Of a DNA stretch of 64,000 bases, positions 63,157-64,000 are shown one piece after another. The notes under the pieces are model-generated. The model made no database searches, was not told the DNA's origin, and was given only the letters and a program-made list of their open reading frames with translations. The position numbers and the translations under genes were made by a program. Positions within the stretch are counted from its first letter, which is position 1, and the number at the start of each line of letters is the position of its first letter. Location: assembly GCA_039630545.1 (NCBI GenBank), contig JBCNUU010000002.1, positions 159,994-223,993 of the forward strand. Direction: 5' to 3'. The stretch comes from Endomicrobiia bacterium (GTDB taxonomy: Bacteria; Elusimicrobiota; Endomicrobiia; DTEH01).

Positions 63157-63250
63157 AAGTATTTTTTAATTTCAATGTTTCAATTTCAAATTTTTTGTTT
63201 ACATTTAGATTATAACAGGATAATACAACTAAATTATCTAAGGAGGAAAT

Positions 63251-64000
63251 GTGAAAAAGAATAGCAAACTTCTATTTTTATTTGTTTTTTATATTTTAAT
63301 AAAAAGAAATATCTTTTCAGAGGAACTAATACTTCAAGCAGAAAAGACAAAAATACCTTCAAGACCTATAATAATTGATGAAACGGAACCATTATATGGG
63401 ACTTTAAATAAAGAATTTAATTTTAGAGCCAGAATAATTGAGACAGCTGACTCAGTAAAGGAAGTAAGCTTATATATTAATGATAAAAAATATGATGTAA
63501 AGCTTAAACCTTCAGGTTTTTATGAGTATCAAGTCAAAGGTTCTCAGTTAGGATATGGGATGCATTTTTATAAGTGGTATGTTGTTGATAAAAAAGATAG
63601 GGTTGCTACTCCAGTATATGGAGTAATAAAAATTGCCTCTAATAGAATAAAAGTAAACCAGGTAGGATATAGAACAAAAGCAAAAAAAATAGCTTTTATA
63701 ACTTACAGTGACACAACAGACTGGACTGGTGAGGATGAAGGGGTTCCTCCTAAAAATTTTGCTAATAAATTTAAAGTAATCAATGCAATTACTAAAAATC
63801 CAATTTATGAGGGTAGTCTAACTAAACCTAAATGGGACGAAAATTCATGGGATTATGTTCAAAAGGCAGATTTTAGCTCTGTAGTTACACCAGGGATTTA
63901 TTATATTAAGGTTGAAGGCATAGGAGAATCGTGCTGGTTTTTAATAGACGATAACGTCTATTCTGATGTGGCAAAGACATTGATGAGGTCTTATTATCTT
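63251..64000 (+). CDS. Third GH9-family protein (paralog of 53310..59264), 3'-truncated by the window; absent from the ORF track
   Basis: SD AGGAGG, GTG start, open to the window end. PLYG...GSQLGYGMHFYKW, ASNRIKVNQVGY...KKIAFITYSDT, PKWDENSWDYVQ..DFSS and RSYYL all match the first GH9. Confidence 0.88.
   Translation, partial: MKKNSKLLFLFVFYILIKRNIFSEELILQAEKTKIPSRPIIIDETEPLYGTLNKEFNFRARIIETADSVKEVSLYINDKKYDVKLKPSGFYEYQVKGSQLGYGMHFYKWYVVDKKDRVATPVYGVIKIASNRIKVNQVGYRTKAKKIAFITYSDTTDWTGEDEGVPPKNFANKFKVINAITKNPIYEGSLTKPKWDENSWDYVQKADFSSVVTPGIYYIKVEGIGESCWFLIDDNVYSDVAKTLMRSYYL

Noticed and set aside
43565..64000. Glycan locus as an integrative island at tRNA-Leu
   Set aside because: No integrase, no duplicated tRNA 3' end and no obvious compositional break within the window; it cannot be excluded beyond the edge.
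53310..64000. Cellulosome components
   Set aside because: No duplicated dockerin Ca-binding repeats or cohesins recognised; single DxNxxG loops are not paired.

Overview
A very AT-rich chromosomal segment from a diderm (LPS-making) bacterium, with almost all genes on the + strand. The style of the secreted proteins and the PorV-like barrel/TPR gene suggests Elusimicrobiota (Endomicrobia-like), but this is inference only. In order, the window holds: (1) the 3' part of polA and coaE; (2) a cobalamin-riboswitch-led B12 uptake/salvage operon (btuFCD, cobO, cobU, a DUF71/Dph6-like ATP pyrophosphatase, cobT, cobS, a btuB-like receptor) with an unexplained long hairpin before the receptor; (3) a giant secreted protein of about 2,384 aa broken by one in-frame TAG, followed by a PorV/PorQ-like barrel-TPR gene broken by a frameshift in an (AT)n tract; (4) housekeeping genes (lpxD, tRNA-Val, rpsO, pnp, accB, ftsK, lolA, pgsA, pgpA, waaA, three GT9, flbD-like, ilvD/B/N, split fumarase, M23 plus bactofilin, AEC transporter, V-ATPase D, cysE, ssb, response regulator, tRNA-Leu); (5) from about 43.7 kb to the end, a complete-looking cellulose/beta-glucan utilisation locus. 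That locus encodes an ABC solute-binding protein and permeases, a GT2, a GH94 phosphorylase, two membrane GGDEF cyclases and three tandem multimodular GH9 enzymes; the third runs off the window and is missing from the ORF track. The best candidate for an undescribed system is this cellulolytic locus: its two complete GH9s end in T9SS-like C-terminal sorting domains instead of dockerins, a PorV-like gene lies nearby, c-di-GMP genes sit inside the operon, and three of its upstream regions share a candidate operator.
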